The translations under genes and the position numbers were made by a program. The notes under the pieces were generated by a model. It was not told where the DNA came from, made no database searches, and worked only from the letters and a program-made list of their open reading frames with translations. This document shows, in pieces, positions 21,379-31,265 of a stretch of DNA of 64,000 nt. Within the stretch, counting starts at the first letter, position 1. Each line of letters begins with the position of its first letter. Source of the stretch: an uncultured Candidatus Micrarchaeota archaeon. GTDB taxonomy: Archaea > Micrarchaeota > Micrarchaeia > Anstonellales > Bilamarchaeaceae. The stretch spans positions 100,849 through 164,848 of the forward strand of contig OY970229.1 of assembly GCA_963714085.1 (NCBI GenBank), given 5' to 3'.

Positions 21379-22110
21379 CTACCTCATCACCCTCATTATG
21401 TCGCTCATTATCGGCATGAGCTTTCGCTCCGACTTCCTGAGCAGCTCCGCGGCAGTGCTTTCGCTTATGCCGAGCTTCGCGCCCAGCTCCTGGAGGCTTA
21501 CCTTCTTCGGTTCCTCATAATATCCGTACCTGCACGCAAGGTCGAACAGCTCGTACTGGCGCGGCGTGAGGAGCTCTGACGCGGATTTGAGCTGGAGGTA
21601 GCCGCTGGAAGAGAATATGTCGAAATTGACCTTCTCCTTCGTAGTTATGAACCTCTTGGACTTGAGCCTTATGTCGTAGTTGCCCTCCACAATCTCCAGG
21701 AATTTCCGGTAGTTATGGTAGCTCGGCGCGAAGAGCGTGACCACGTCCGTGCCGTTCTGGCTGTAGGTCGGCTGGAGCCATGCAACCCCCGAGCTTGCGA
21801 GCTTTGGGGCAGTGGATATGCAGTTGTCCGCTCGTATCGCGACCCAGCTCGTCCGCTCGCCCTTCTGGACCACCCGCACCTCCCTTACCTCCTTCAATGA
21901 CCTGGACCGCTCCAGCATCCCCGCAAGCTCGTCGCTGCCTATCTCGAACAGGTTGGTTACGGTGTTCCTGTCGCTGGACAGCGTCATCAGCCACCGTATC
22001 TTGATGCCGTGGAGCCTTTCGCTGGCGTCGCAGCTGACGCACTTATGGACCTGCTCCAGTTCCACGATCAGAGGCGATTCCCCCATGACCCTGTTTTCGT
22101 CTTTTTTCAT
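21379..22110 (-). CDS. Bat-type (HTH_10) transcriptional regulator
   Basis: LTPRQYELFDLACRYGYYEEPKKVSLQELGAKLGISESTAAELLRKSERKL. Confidence 0.9.
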   Translation of the reverse strand: MKKDENRVMGESPLIVELEQVHKCVSCDASERLHGIKIRWLMTLSSDRNTVTNLFEIGSDELAGMLERSRSLKEVREVRVVQKGERTSWVAIRADNCISTAPKLASSGVAWLQPTYSQNGTDVVTLFAPSYHNYRKFLEIVEGNYDIRLKSKRFITTKEKVNFDIFSSSGYLQLKSASELLTPRQYELFDLACRYGYYEEPKKVSLQELGAKLGISESTAAELLRKSERKLMPIMSDIMRVMR

Positions 22111-23798
22111 TTATTAACCTTCCCCCGCTCTGGAGCGATGCGCGCCTCGGCTGCATTCCGTATGGCCTGGTCGCCATGATAGCCGGCTACTGCCCGCAAC
22201 AGCCACTCGTCCTGCGTGGATTGGACCAGTGCCATCGCCCGGCTCGGCTCTGCGAAGAAAATCGCATCGAGCTTCTCGAGATTTTTCATGATTCTGCCGT
22301 CATTTTTTCTATTCACGGAGGCGTCTTCGATCAGGCCCCTCTCTAGGGAATATGCAAGCCTGCTTGCCAAACCCCTCACATGCTCGATGCTGTGCTCCGG
22401 GGACAAGCTTATCCTGATAGCATACGCCACGTACAAGAAACCTGTGAGCACGGGCCTGCCCGAAATGTCGTGCTCGGACAGGTTCTCGAATGTTATCGCG
22501 TATGGTGCCATGTCCTTCCTGAACGTGATTTTCAGCTCGAAATCCATCGATTGGTATCCGGGGTCGTTCTTCATGATCGCGAAACTGACGAAATGGGGCG
22601 CTGAATCCACCGAAGGAAGCCGGATGCCCGACCAGGCAGCATTGAACGAAAACACCGCCGCGCAGAGATAGTCCTTGAGCTTCTTCATCTGCCTAGCCCG
22701 CTCTTCCACATCCAGGCTTTCTATCGTAGCATACAGGGAAAACAACTCGGGCAACGATACCCAGTGCGCGCATCCTGCCGCGTCCTTCGGTCCCACTGCC
22801 AGGCTGGTTTCAGGGCTGAACTGGAACGCGATCCTCGGCCAGGATGTCCTCGGCAGCTCCTTCTCCATGATGCCGAGTACCTCGTCGCTGACATAGCACA
22901 TGCCGACGGTGGGCTCTCCGCCGAGTGCTTTCGATGAGTTCATCACCACCACATCGCCTAATTCAGCGGCCTTGAACCTCAATGCTCCGACAGAATGGCT
23001 GGCATCGACGATATGCAGCCACACGGGCCCGATCCTTTCTATCTCCTGCCAAATCGCCCGGAGGTCTTTCTCACCGCTAATTCGGTTGACGTGCGAGCAG
23101 TACGCCACGTTCGGCCCGCCACCGAGTTTTCCAGCCGCAGGTCTGCCACTCGGGGGCATGGGGCTCCGATGCAGGTCGGCATCCGAAACATACTCGAATT
23201 CCCCCGTTATTTCAGACGAACCGGTATTCGTGACGAATTTCAAACCAAACCGCTCTCTGAAGTGACGCATTTCTGCGATATCGTCGAAACTCCGCAACAG
23301 CTGGTCCTTTGCCCCGAAATTCTGGAAGGTCAGCCTGTCCGCGGTCCGGCGATTCTCCGTTACAAATATCTCAAGAGCATTGAATTCGCTGCGATCAGCA
23401 ACAAGGTTGTATCTTCTTTGCCGCCCCAGGCTCAACAGTACGGGTATCAATGTCCGCATCGCAGAATTCCCGAAAAAGATATTCCTGGGTTCGCATTCCA
23501 AAAGCTCTGCCATTCGTTTCCGCGCTGCTTCCGCAAGATTAAATCCGCCGCTTGCAACCGCCGCGGCCCCCTTTTCACTAAGCAGCCTGGGTGTTATGTC
23601 ATTGTAATATTCAAGAGCCGCCTCATGGCCCGCGTCGCTTCCCCGTATGCCGGAAGCAACATCGAAATACCATTTCATCGGTATGTCATTTGGATCGCGG
23701 CCGTGTTTTTGTGTTCTGTCGAGAAGGGGCGTTTCGCTCGCCGTTGCGCTATGCTGCCAGCGCTCTTTGTGTTTCCACAGCCCCTGACTCTTAAACAT
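22107..23798 (-). CDS. Divergent PLP-dependent class V aminotransferase-like protein
   Basis: ARKRMAELLEC..NIFFG, SHVNRISG and IVDASHSVG..DVVVMNSSKALGG. Confidence 0.7.
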   Translation of the reverse strand: MFKSQGLWKHKERWQHSATASETPLLDRTQKHGRDPNDIPMKWYFDVASGIRGSDAGHEAALEYYNDITPRLLSEKGAAAVASGGFNLAEAARKRMAELLECEPRNIFFGNSAMRTLIPVLLSLGRQRRYNLVADRSEFNALEIFVTENRRTADRLTFQNFGAKDQLLRSFDDIAEMRHFRERFGLKFVTNTGSSEITGEFEYVSDADLHRSPMPPSGRPAAGKLGGGPNVAYCSHVNRISGEKDLRAIWQEIERIGPVWLHIVDASHSVGALRFKAAELGDVVVMNSSKALGGEPTVGMCYVSDEVLGIMEKELPRTSWPRIAFQFSPETSLAVGPKDAAGCAHWVSLPELFSLYATIESLDVEERARQMKKLKDYLCAAVFSFNAAWSGIRLPSVDSAPHFVSFAIMKNDPGYQSMDFELKITFRKDMAPYAITFENLSEHDISGRPVLTGFLYVAYAIRISLSPEHSIEHVRGLASRLAYSLERGLIEDASVNRKNDGRIMKNLEKLDAIFFAEPSRAMALVQSTQDEWLLRAVAGYHGDQAIRNAAEARIAPERGKVNK

Positions 23799-23851
23799 GT
23801 TTTAATTTATGTCAACAAAAGCTTAAAAACTCGCTTGAAGATAGTCTAACC

Positions 23852-24433
23852 ATGATAGCCGGGCTCGACCTTGCGGGAAGCGGAATGCGCGATACCGGGT
23901 ACTGCCTGCTTGATGGCAGGAAAGCGAAGGTAGCGATACTGCACAGCGACAGGGACATACTCGCCGCGCTCAGGAGCGACAGGCCGGACATCGTGGCGAT
24001 AGACGCCCCGCTCTCGCTCCCCAAAGGCAGGAGGAGCATAGACGTGCGCGACGCTCACCATTTCCGCGGATGCGACCTGGAGCTGCGCAAGCTGGGCATA
24101 CGCTTTTTCCCCATCACATTGGGACCCATGCGCATGCTCACCAAAAGGGGCATGTCGCTGAAAAAGAAGATCGCCCGCGCGCTTCCGAAGGCCCGCGTGA
24201 TCGAGGCGTATCCCGGGGCGGCCTACGACCTGCTCGGAGCGGAGCGCAAAAACAAGAAGGCGATACGCTCGCTTTTCCGAAAATACGCGCTCACGCTTCC
24301 TGGACGCCCGCTTTCGCAGGACGAGCTGGACGGAGTCTGCTGCGCGCTGGTCGGGAGGATGTTCGCGGAAGGGGATGCGGTCGAGATAGGCGACAAGAAG
24401 GAGGGGACCATCATAATACCGAAAGCCAAATGA
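23852..24433 (+). CDS. DUF429 predicted RNase H-fold nuclease
   Basis: GLDLAG, VAIDAPLSLP, IEAYPG and DELDG. Confidence 0.88.
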   Translation: MIAGLDLAGSGMRDTGYCLLDGRKAKVAILHSDRDILAALRSDRPDIVAIDAPLSLPKGRRSIDVRDAHHFRGCDLELRKLGIRFFPITLGPMRMLTKRGMSLKKKIARALPKARVIEAYPGAAYDLLGAERKNKKAIRSLFRKYALTLPGRPLSQDELDGVCCALVGRMFAEGDAVEIGDKKEGTIIIPKAK

Positions 24434-24457
24434 ATGCCTTCGCGATGCAGAATCGCT

Positions 24458-25699
24458 TCATCGCGAATATTTTTCCCGTATCTCATTGACCGCGGTCTCG
24501 AAGTGGCTCACATGGACCGGCCCGTGGCGGTACGCCTTTCCGGAATAGGTCTCGCGCGTGTCGCTCCAGCCGCCCAGGTGCCCGTTGCTGTTGAACGCCA
24601 GGAGGTCCAATGCGTTATTGAACATGCGGAGGGACGCTGGCGAGGCCATCATTCTCATATAAGCGGCCGCATCCGGGAAGTACACGAGCGCGCCGCCCGT
24701 GCTGAAGTCCGGGCAGCCGTAATCCCCAGGCACTCCCTGGATCCCCTGCCCGTCCCCTGGGAAGATATCGTACACGGACATGGGATGGCGTCCGGCCAGG
24801 GCGTGCGCCACGTCCTCGTTGATGACGACCTTGGGCTTTCCAGATGCCGCGGCGTAGATCCCTCCGAAGGCGAACGCTTCCAGGTCGCAGTACTCCCTGG
24901 GGTAGCATCCGTCCATGGAGTCGTGCATGAAGAATATGTCGGTTTTCAATGCGATGCCATGGGGGACGTGGAGCGGAAGCGCGTCGTTCTTTTCCACGAA
25001 CACGTATCTCACGGTCGCGGGTTTCCCGAAGACCTCGAGTTCGAAAACAGCGCCGCCGTCGCTCTTGTGGAAATCCTTTTGCACTATGTACGGCGCGATG
25101 AGGAGCTTCGCGAATTCCTCGGCAAACTCTTCCGCGTGGGCTTTGAGCTCGGTGAAAGTGTACGAAACCCTGACATCCGCTATCCGCTGCAGCATGAGCC
25201 CGAATTGTAGCACCGCGATGTGCGTCCCTGCCGCGGGATACGTTATATCGACCGTGTCCCCGCTTTTGAGGCCGAGGAAGCGCACCATGTCGGCATAGGG
25301 GAGCCTGGAGATGGTCTCGAGCGAGTTCATGGGCGCGCCATCCATCCTTATGCGGCTGAAATGCTTCAGGAAATCCGGGTTCTCCAGGGAACAGATGTCC
25401 GTGCTTCCGGACGATCCTTTCTTGCATTTTTCCATCTGCCCGCCCGCGGGTCTTTCCGCGGCCAGAGCCTGGGAAGACGGGGTTTTTTGCTCCTGATGCC
25501 GCTTGTTTCCTTTCGACATCAATTTGAAGAAGGCCGAACTCAGCGGGCCATGGTCACGTGTTCCGTCCGAGGCTGGTTTGAGCGAGCACGCGCCCGATGC
25601 AAGGGCGCCTCCCAGAGCGAGGAGCGGAAGATATCTAGCCAGCTTGCGCTGCAGGCGCCCGGTTCGGGCTCTCTCTGGCTGCATCTGGCGGACAGGCAT
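24458..25699 (-). CDS. Hypothetical protein, possible lipoprotein
   Basis: Basic N-terminus, hydrophobic helix and ASGAC lipobox-like site; TATA-like tract upstream. Confidence 0.65.
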   Translation of the reverse strand: MPVRQMQPERARTGRLQRKLARYLPLLALGGALASGACSLKPASDGTRDHGPLSSAFFKLMSKGNKRHQEQKTPSSQALAAERPAGGQMEKCKKGSSGSTDICSLENPDFLKHFSRIRMDGAPMNSLETISRLPYADMVRFLGLKSGDTVDITYPAAGTHIAVLQFGLMLQRIADVRVSYTFTELKAHAEEFAEEFAKLLIAPYIVQKDFHKSDGGAVFELEVFGKPATVRYVFVEKNDALPLHVPHGIALKTDIFFMHDSMDGCYPREYCDLEAFAFGGIYAAASGKPKVVINEDVAHALAGRHPMSVYDIFPGDGQGIQGVPGDYGCPDFSTGGALVYFPDAAAYMRMMASPASLRMFNNALDLLAFNSNGHLGGWSDTRETYSGKAYRHGPVHVSHFETAVNEIREKYSR

Positions 25700-25859
25700 A
25701 TAGTATAATATGGTTAGAAGTGTTTAAAAATAAGACTTTGTGGCCATATCTCCGGGCAGGTACGCGATCCGGATCCGGACGGACTAAATCGGCTCGCTTA
25801 GCTAAAGATTATAAAAAGATTCAATTCATGTATGAGCAACATATAATGGGAGTGAGCAT

Positions 25860-26807
25860 ATGGCAAACGCAATTGGAGGCATGCCTCTTCAGCACAGTAC
25901 GCGCAAGGACGTGATAAGCGTCGGATGGAGACCGGCAGTGGAACGCCGATTTGACGCGAACCGGTACAGGCCGATCACCGGATGCATCGAAAAGCTGGAC
26001 CGCGGCAAGTCGTTGGTAGTGAAGGCCGCGTTCGAGATGGACCCGAATGGATGGACGGGTTATGACTATCACCTGGGCACAGCAATAAACCGCACCGAGC
26101 GCCACTCGGGCGGAGGCTTCATGCAGCTGGAGTGCATGGAAGACGGGATAAAGGCCGTTGATTTGCTGCAGCAGGTCTACGACCTGTGCGCCCTTCTCTC
26201 CCATCCGCGGATCTGGTACGACCAGTCCTGGTTCAGGGCCTCGCGCGGGGAATACGCCATCGAAGAGGCCAGGGCCGTGCTCAGCATCGAGAAATCCGAT
26301 CCGGTCTTCGGCAGGCGTGATAGGACATTCGCCGGAGCCTATTATCCGAGCCGTGCCAAGATCCTGAGGATCATAGAAAGGCTTACGACGCCCGAGGCGC
26401 AGGATGACATAACCGCCATGGTGGACATGAGGCGCATGATAAACTTCGACTCGTTCTGCATCTCCACGCACCCTGGAAGGACCGACGATGGCAAGAATTG
26501 GGAGCTCGCGCATGAGAAGATGGCCGCGAGGGCGATCTGGTACATGAGGAACAACCCCTGGCTGGAGACCTGCTGGGAGCACTGGATGGACGTATCCGGG
26601 CCGCTCGATATGCCGAGACCCTACGCCTCCATCAATGAGCTCGGCATGCTGGATAGGACCGACAGGCTCAAACTCCTCGTCCCATTGCTGAGCCTGCTGA
26701 AAAAGGACCAGAGCATACACCTGGTCAAGGCGAATACGTCGGTGCAGTCGTACCTGGTTGACATCACGGGCAAAGACAGGCTGGATGGAGACCATCAGCG
26801 AAAGTGA
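25860..26807 (+). CDS. Orphan protein, paralog A1
   Basis: Shares SRGEYAIEEARAVL and MINFDSFCISTHPGRTD..KNWELA with the next ORF. Confidence 0.8.
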   Translation: MANAIGGMPLQHSTRKDVISVGWRPAVERRFDANRYRPITGCIEKLDRGKSLVVKAAFEMDPNGWTGYDYHLGTAINRTERHSGGGFMQLECMEDGIKAVDLLQQVYDLCALLSHPRIWYDQSWFRASRGEYAIEEARAVLSIEKSDPVFGRRDRTFAGAYYPSRAKILRIIERLTTPEAQDDITAMVDMRRMINFDSFCISTHPGRTDDGKNWELAHEKMAARAIWYMRNNPWLETCWEHWMDVSGPLDMPRPYASINELGMLDRTDRLKLLVPLLSLLKKDQSIHLVKANTSVQSYLVDITGKDRLDGDHQRK

Positions 26808-26811
26808 CGCT

Positions 26812-27708
26812 ATGAAAAACACGGCTGAAAGGGAGTTTCTCGGATGCAGCAAGCGCGGGGATGCGATAAGCATCGGATGGAGAGCGAAGGACCGTGAGCC
26901 CATCATCGAATTCATCAAAAGCCCGGGCACCCCCCTGGAAGTGAAGATGGCGTTCGAGGTGGACGGCCGGAGCAAGAAAAGACATGATTATCGCTCGGCC
27001 AAAACAACGGACTGCCCGGATGCCCACTTGGGCGGCGGGTTCATGAGGCTCAAGTGCGTGGAAGGCGGGATAACGGCCGCGGAACTGCTACGGCCGGTCT
27101 ACGACCTGTGCGCCTGGCTCCCCCATCCGCGGATCTGGTACGAGCGGTACATCTGGCCCGAGCCAATGCGCTCCCGCGGGGAATACGCCATCGAAGAGGC
27201 CAGGGCCGTGCTCGGTCATGGGCAATCGAAAGCGATCTTCGGCAGCCGGGAATTCGCCGGGGTGTTTTACCCCAGCTACGCCAAGGTCCTGGGCATCCTG
27301 GAAGAGTTTACCACGCCCGGGGAAGAAGCGAATGATGAAATAACGAGGATGATCAACTTCGACTCGTTCTGCATCTCCACGCACCCCGGAAGGACCGACG
27401 CTGGCAAGAACTGGGAGCTCGCGCAGGAGAAGATGGCCGCGAGGGTCATCTGGTACATGAAAAACAATCCTTTCGCGAACAGCGGCTTTGACCGCTGGCT
27501 GGACATAGTGGGGCCGCTGGAGATGCCAGACGGCTTCCATTCCATCGATGAGCTGGGCAAGCTGGATGGGGCCGACAGGTTCCACCTCCTCGTCTCAGTG
27601 CTGAGCATGCTGAAGGGGGACGACAGGCTGCACCTAGTCAGGACAGGGATACCGGTGGAGCTCTACCTCAACGGCGTGATAACCAGGCACAGGCCGGGCG
27701 ACGACTGA
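26812..27708 (+). CDS. Orphan protein, paralog A2
   Basis: Tandem paralog of A1; ATG lies 4 nt after the A1 stop. Confidence 0.8.
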   Translation: MKNTAEREFLGCSKRGDAISIGWRAKDREPIIEFIKSPGTPLEVKMAFEVDGRSKKRHDYRSAKTTDCPDAHLGGGFMRLKCVEGGITAAELLRPVYDLCAWLPHPRIWYERYIWPEPMRSRGEYAIEEARAVLGHGQSKAIFGSREFAGVFYPSYAKVLGILEEFTTPGEEANDEITRMINFDSFCISTHPGRTDAGKNWELAQEKMAARVIWYMKNNPFANSGFDRWLDIVGPLEMPDGFHSIDELGKLDGADRFHLLVSVLSMLKGDDRLHLVRTGIPVELYLNGVITRHRPGDD

Positions 27709-27751
27709 TCCTGCGTGGAGGATCAGGCCCGAAGTGAATGTGTCAAAAGAA

Positions 27752-27778
27752 GGTAAGACATAATTTTATAAAAGGTTT
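27752..27778 (+). promoter_or_regulatory. Archaeal TATA promoter, copy 1 (identical 27-mer at 29087-29113)
   Basis: GGTAAGACATAATTTTATAAAAGGTTT begins 43 nt before the ATG in both copies. Confidence 0.75.
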
Positions 27779-27794
27779 TCAGCAATAGATAACG

Positions 27795-29036
27795 ATGGCA
27801 GAAGGACCAGTTCATTCACCTCCAATCGCAAGGCCGGCTGCGCCCAGGACGCTGTTGGATGTCGTCAAACGCCACGCGCCAGAGATCCACGAGCGCATCG
27901 CAGGGCCGAGAAATCCGGAACTTGATGCGCTCTCCTATATCGTGAAACGGGCCATGGCCTCCCAAAGCGAGGACGACCCCGCGCTGAGGTCGCAGATACA
28001 CTCGCTGCCGCCGGAATCCATCGCGACGATACTGCTCAAAGCATACCGGCCCAAAGAGAGCTACGCCATAATGATGAGCGGCCCGGAGATCATCGAGTTC
28101 ATCGCCCGCTGGAAAGGGGACGCGGAGAGCATCCCATCGCCCTGGCCCGCGTGGTTTATCCCGAGCCGGCCAGCTTGCGGGGAAACAAGACCCGGTTCTT
28201 TGCAGTCATTCGCGGAATTTGTGGAGAGATGGCATGCTGAACCGAAGCCCGGATGCGACGCGGACCCCGAGGTGGCGTCCTCCGAGTTTTCGGCTGTTTT
28301 CGCCAATGTCCTGAAAGGCGTGGAAAGCCTGGCCGCCAGGAACTCCGGACTGCTCGCGGGGCTGGCCGCGGACGCGTGCGAGTTCATCGCCTGCCTCCTG
28401 GCCACGCAGCCGGAAGCCGCGGCCGCACGTTTCGTGATTACGGACATGTTGATCGCGGATAAGCGCACCATCTCGGATATGCAGCCCGAGGGAACGTATG
28501 CCGACATCGGTTGCGGAATGAGCGGCGTCGCCTGCATGCATGCGCTGGACAGGCGGCTTGTGCTGGTCGACAATGACGCGCTGATGACCGGGATCCTCGC
28601 GTCATACGCGCGGAGGACGGGCAGGGGGAATGCGGAGGTCAGGAACACGGACATCACCTCGGGCACCTGCGATGAGGGCTCGTTGGGATTGGCGAACGTG
28701 GAATACGTGCTCCATTACCTGTCCGAGGGGCAGATAGTCGATGCGATACGCAATCTGGCCCCTGCGCTCGCGGACAACGGGCTGATGCACATATGGGAAC
28801 CCGAGGAAGGATGCTGCAGATTCGAGAGCCCGGAGAAGATAAACGCGATAAGAATGGGGCTGGCGGGGAGCGGCCTTTTTTTCTTTGAGAGGAGGATAGA
28901 ACTGCGTTCCATCTGGTCGCCCTTGGTCAGGTCGAAATGGGACGTCGAGTTCGTCGCCGCGAGGAGAAGGGAGGAGCTTGAGAGGGCGATGGCTGTGCGG
29001 GATTCGGCGTTGCAGTCGCAGGATCCGGATCCTTAG
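27795..29036 (+). CDS. Class I SAM-dependent methyltransferase with helical N-terminal domain, paralog B1
   Basis: YADIGCG, LVLVD, VLHYLS and LADNGLMHIWEP. Confidence 0.82.
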   Translation: MAEGPVHSPPIARPAAPRTLLDVVKRHAPEIHERIAGPRNPELDALSYIVKRAMASQSEDDPALRSQIHSLPPESIATILLKAYRPKESYAIMMSGPEIIEFIARWKGDAESIPSPWPAWFIPSRPACGETRPGSLQSFAEFVERWHAEPKPGCDADPEVASSEFSAVFANVLKGVESLAARNSGLLAGLAADACEFIACLLATQPEAAAARFVITDMLIADKRTISDMQPEGTYADIGCGMSGVACMHALDRRLVLVDNDALMTGILASYARRTGRGNAEVRNTDITSGTCDEGSLGLANVEYVLHYLSEGQIVDAIRNLAPALADNGLMHIWEPEEGCCRFESPEKINAIRMGLAGSGLFFFERRIELRSIWSPLVRSKWDVEFVAARRREELERAMAVRDSALQSQDPDP

Positions 29037-29086
29037 CCGCGCGCCGGAGAATTCAAAACCAACCCGGACGATATGTGTCCAAAAAC

Positions 29087-29113
29087 GGTAAGACATAATT
29101 TTATAAAAGGTTT
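29087..29113 (+). promoter_or_regulatory. Archaeal TATA promoter, copy 2
   Basis: Identical to 27752-27778. Confidence 0.75.
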
Positions 29114-29129
29114 CCGCCAATAGATGATA

Positions 29130-30287
29130 ATGGCGATCATACGCACTGCCCATTCCACTCCAGGCCCAGCGCAATCCAAGCCGGAAGCCGTCCGCGCACC
29201 GGGGATACTCGAGCCCATCATCGGGCAGAGGAGGCGGGGGCTGGACGAACTCTCCAGCGCGGTGAAGAGCGCCATCGCTTCCCAGCGCGGGGTGGATTCC
29301 ACACTGAGGGAGCAGATAGACTCGCTGTCTCCGGCATGCGTCGCAATGATCCTGCTCGGCACATACCGGCCCAGGGAGACTCATGAGCTTGGCATCAAAG
29401 ACCCGGAAGTCATGGCGTTCGTGGCTCGCTGGAAATGGGGCGGGGAGAGCGTCCAGCTGCCTCTGCCCCGGCTCGATGAGACTTCCGGTGAAGGGGACAT
29501 AGGAAAAGTTTTGGATTTCATCAAGGTCATGGCGGCAAAATCGGCTTTTTTCAACGAGGTCGTGGAAAGGATCGGAAAGCTGACCGCGAGGAACACCGGA
29601 CTCCTGAGGAGGATAGCCGCGGACGCTGGCGAGTTCCTCTCCTGTTTCCTGACAGAGCAGCCCGAAGCCGCTGGCTCGCAGTTCAGTTTCGAGGAGGTGT
29701 CGTTCGTGAACAAGCTGCGGATATCCTCCATACAGCCGGAAGGGGTTTTCGCGGACATCGGCTGCGGCGAGGACGGCCTCATCTGCGTGGACGTATTGGA
29801 CAGGCCGCTCCTGCTCACGGACAAGAACGCGCTGGTGACCGGGATGCTCGCGTCCTATTCGTCGAGACAGGGCAGGGAGGACGTGGACGTCAGGACCGAC
29901 GACATCGTTTCAACGTCGTACGAACCCGGCTCCCTGGGACTGATCAACATGCAGCTCGTGCTGCATTACCTTTCCGAAAGGCGGATAGCGCGTGCGATAG
30001 GCAACCTGGCCCCCGCGCTCGCGTACAACGGGCTGATGCACATAGTGGAACCGGAAGCGGGATGCTGCGGCTTTGACAGCCCTGGGAAGATAAGCGTGAT
30101 AAGGAGGGAGCTCAGAAGGCACGGCCTTTTCGTGGCTGAGGGGCTGATGGAAGAGAGGAACCACCCTTCGTGCCGGTTGGAAAAGCGGTCCATCGTGGAG
30201 ATCGTCGCCGCGAGGAGGGAGGAGGACTTCGGGAGAACCTCGGCCACCAGGGATCCGGACGGGTCCTGGAAGCTTGGCGAAAGTTAA
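29130..30287 (+). CDS. Class I SAM-dependent methyltransferase, paralog B2
   Basis: FADIGCG, VLHYLS and LAYNGLMHIVEP; start chosen from the identical promoter spacing. Confidence 0.82.
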   Translation: MAIIRTAHSTPGPAQSKPEAVRAPGILEPIIGQRRRGLDELSSAVKSAIASQRGVDSTLREQIDSLSPACVAMILLGTYRPRETHELGIKDPEVMAFVARWKWGGESVQLPLPRLDETSGEGDIGKVLDFIKVMAAKSAFFNEVVERIGKLTARNTGLLRRIAADAGEFLSCFLTEQPEAAGSQFSFEEVSFVNKLRISSIQPEGVFADIGCGEDGLICVDVLDRPLLLTDKNALVTGMLASYSSRQGREDVDVRTDDIVSTSYEPGSLGLINMQLVLHYLSERRIARAIGNLAPALAYNGLMHIVEPEAGCCGFDSPGKISVIRRELRRHGLFVAEGLMEERNHPSCRLEKRSIVEIVAARREEDFGRTSATRDPDGSWKLGES

Positions 30288-30306
30288 AAAAGCATGACGG
30301 GGTTAG

Positions 30307-31236
30307 GTGAGCAGTGGTGAAATGCCCCCTGCCAAAAAAATCTGGATGAACGGTAAGTTTGTGAACTGGAAGGACGCTCATGTCCACGTGCTCACCCACG
30401 CGCTCAACTACGGGACCGCGATATTCGAGGGCATACGATGCTACGACACGCCCGACGGACCGGCCGTGTTCAGGCTGAAAGACCATCTTCATCGGCTGCA
30501 CGACGGCATAAAGTCGTACGAGTTCGAGTTCGACTTATCGATAGATAAGATGTCCGCCAACGTGAAGAAGCTGATACGCATCAACAAGCTCAGGTCCTGC
30601 TACATCAGGCCGATATGCTATGTGTCCAGGGTCGGCATCGGGCTCGACACTAGGGGCTCGTCCTACGGATTCGCGGTCACCGCGATCCCCTTCGGCAAGT
30701 ACTACGGAACCAAGTCCGACAATGGCATCACAGCAATGGTCTCGAGCTGGAGGAGGATAAAGGCCACGATACTCTCCCCGCACGTGAAGGCGAGCGCGAA
30801 CTACATGAACTCCGTGCTCGCGAAAAAAGAGGCCATGGAAGAAGGTTTCGACGAGGCGGTGATGCTCAGCGACGAGGGCCACGTGTCCGAGGGCACGGGC
30901 GAGAACATCTTCGTGGTCAAGGACGGCGCGCTCTACACCCCGCCGCTCTACGACGCGGTCCTGGCCGGCATAACCAGGGACTCGCTGATGAAGGTCGCGA
31001 GGGACATGGGGATAGCGGTCTACGAGCAGTCCATGCTCAGGGACGAGCTTTACACCGCGGACGAGGTCTTCCTGAGCGGCACCGCGGCGGAGATAACCCC
31101 GGTCAACCAGGTGGACCACCGGAGGATATCCAAGGGCCCGGGCCCCATGACGAAAAAGCTCAAGGACACGTTCTTCAATATAGTGAACGGCAAGGACGAG
31201 AGATACATGAACTGGCTGGACTACGTGGGGAAGTAG
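30307..31236 (+). CDS. ilvE: Branched-chain amino acid aminotransferase
   Basis: HALNYGTAIFEGIRCY, KASANY, EGTGENIF, LAGITR and GTAAEITPV. Confidence 0.96.
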   Translation: MSSGEMPPAKKIWMNGKFVNWKDAHVHVLTHALNYGTAIFEGIRCYDTPDGPAVFRLKDHLHRLHDGIKSYEFEFDLSIDKMSANVKKLIRINKLRSCYIRPICYVSRVGIGLDTRGSSYGFAVTAIPFGKYYGTKSDNGITAMVSSWRRIKATILSPHVKASANYMNSVLAKKEAMEEGFDEAVMLSDEGHVSEGTGENIFVVKDGALYTPPLYDAVLAGITRDSLMKVARDMGIAVYEQSMLRDELYTADEVFLSGTAAEITPVNQVDHRRISKGPGPMTKKLKDTFFNIVNGKDERYMNWLDYVGK

Positions 31237-31265
31237 GCCGGTTCCAAGCCAGAATGATCCGCGAG

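Noticed and set aside
26436..27460. Diversity-generating retroelement TR/VR pair
   Set aside because: Mismatches are not adenine-specific, both copies are internal to genes, and no reverse transcriptase is present in the window.
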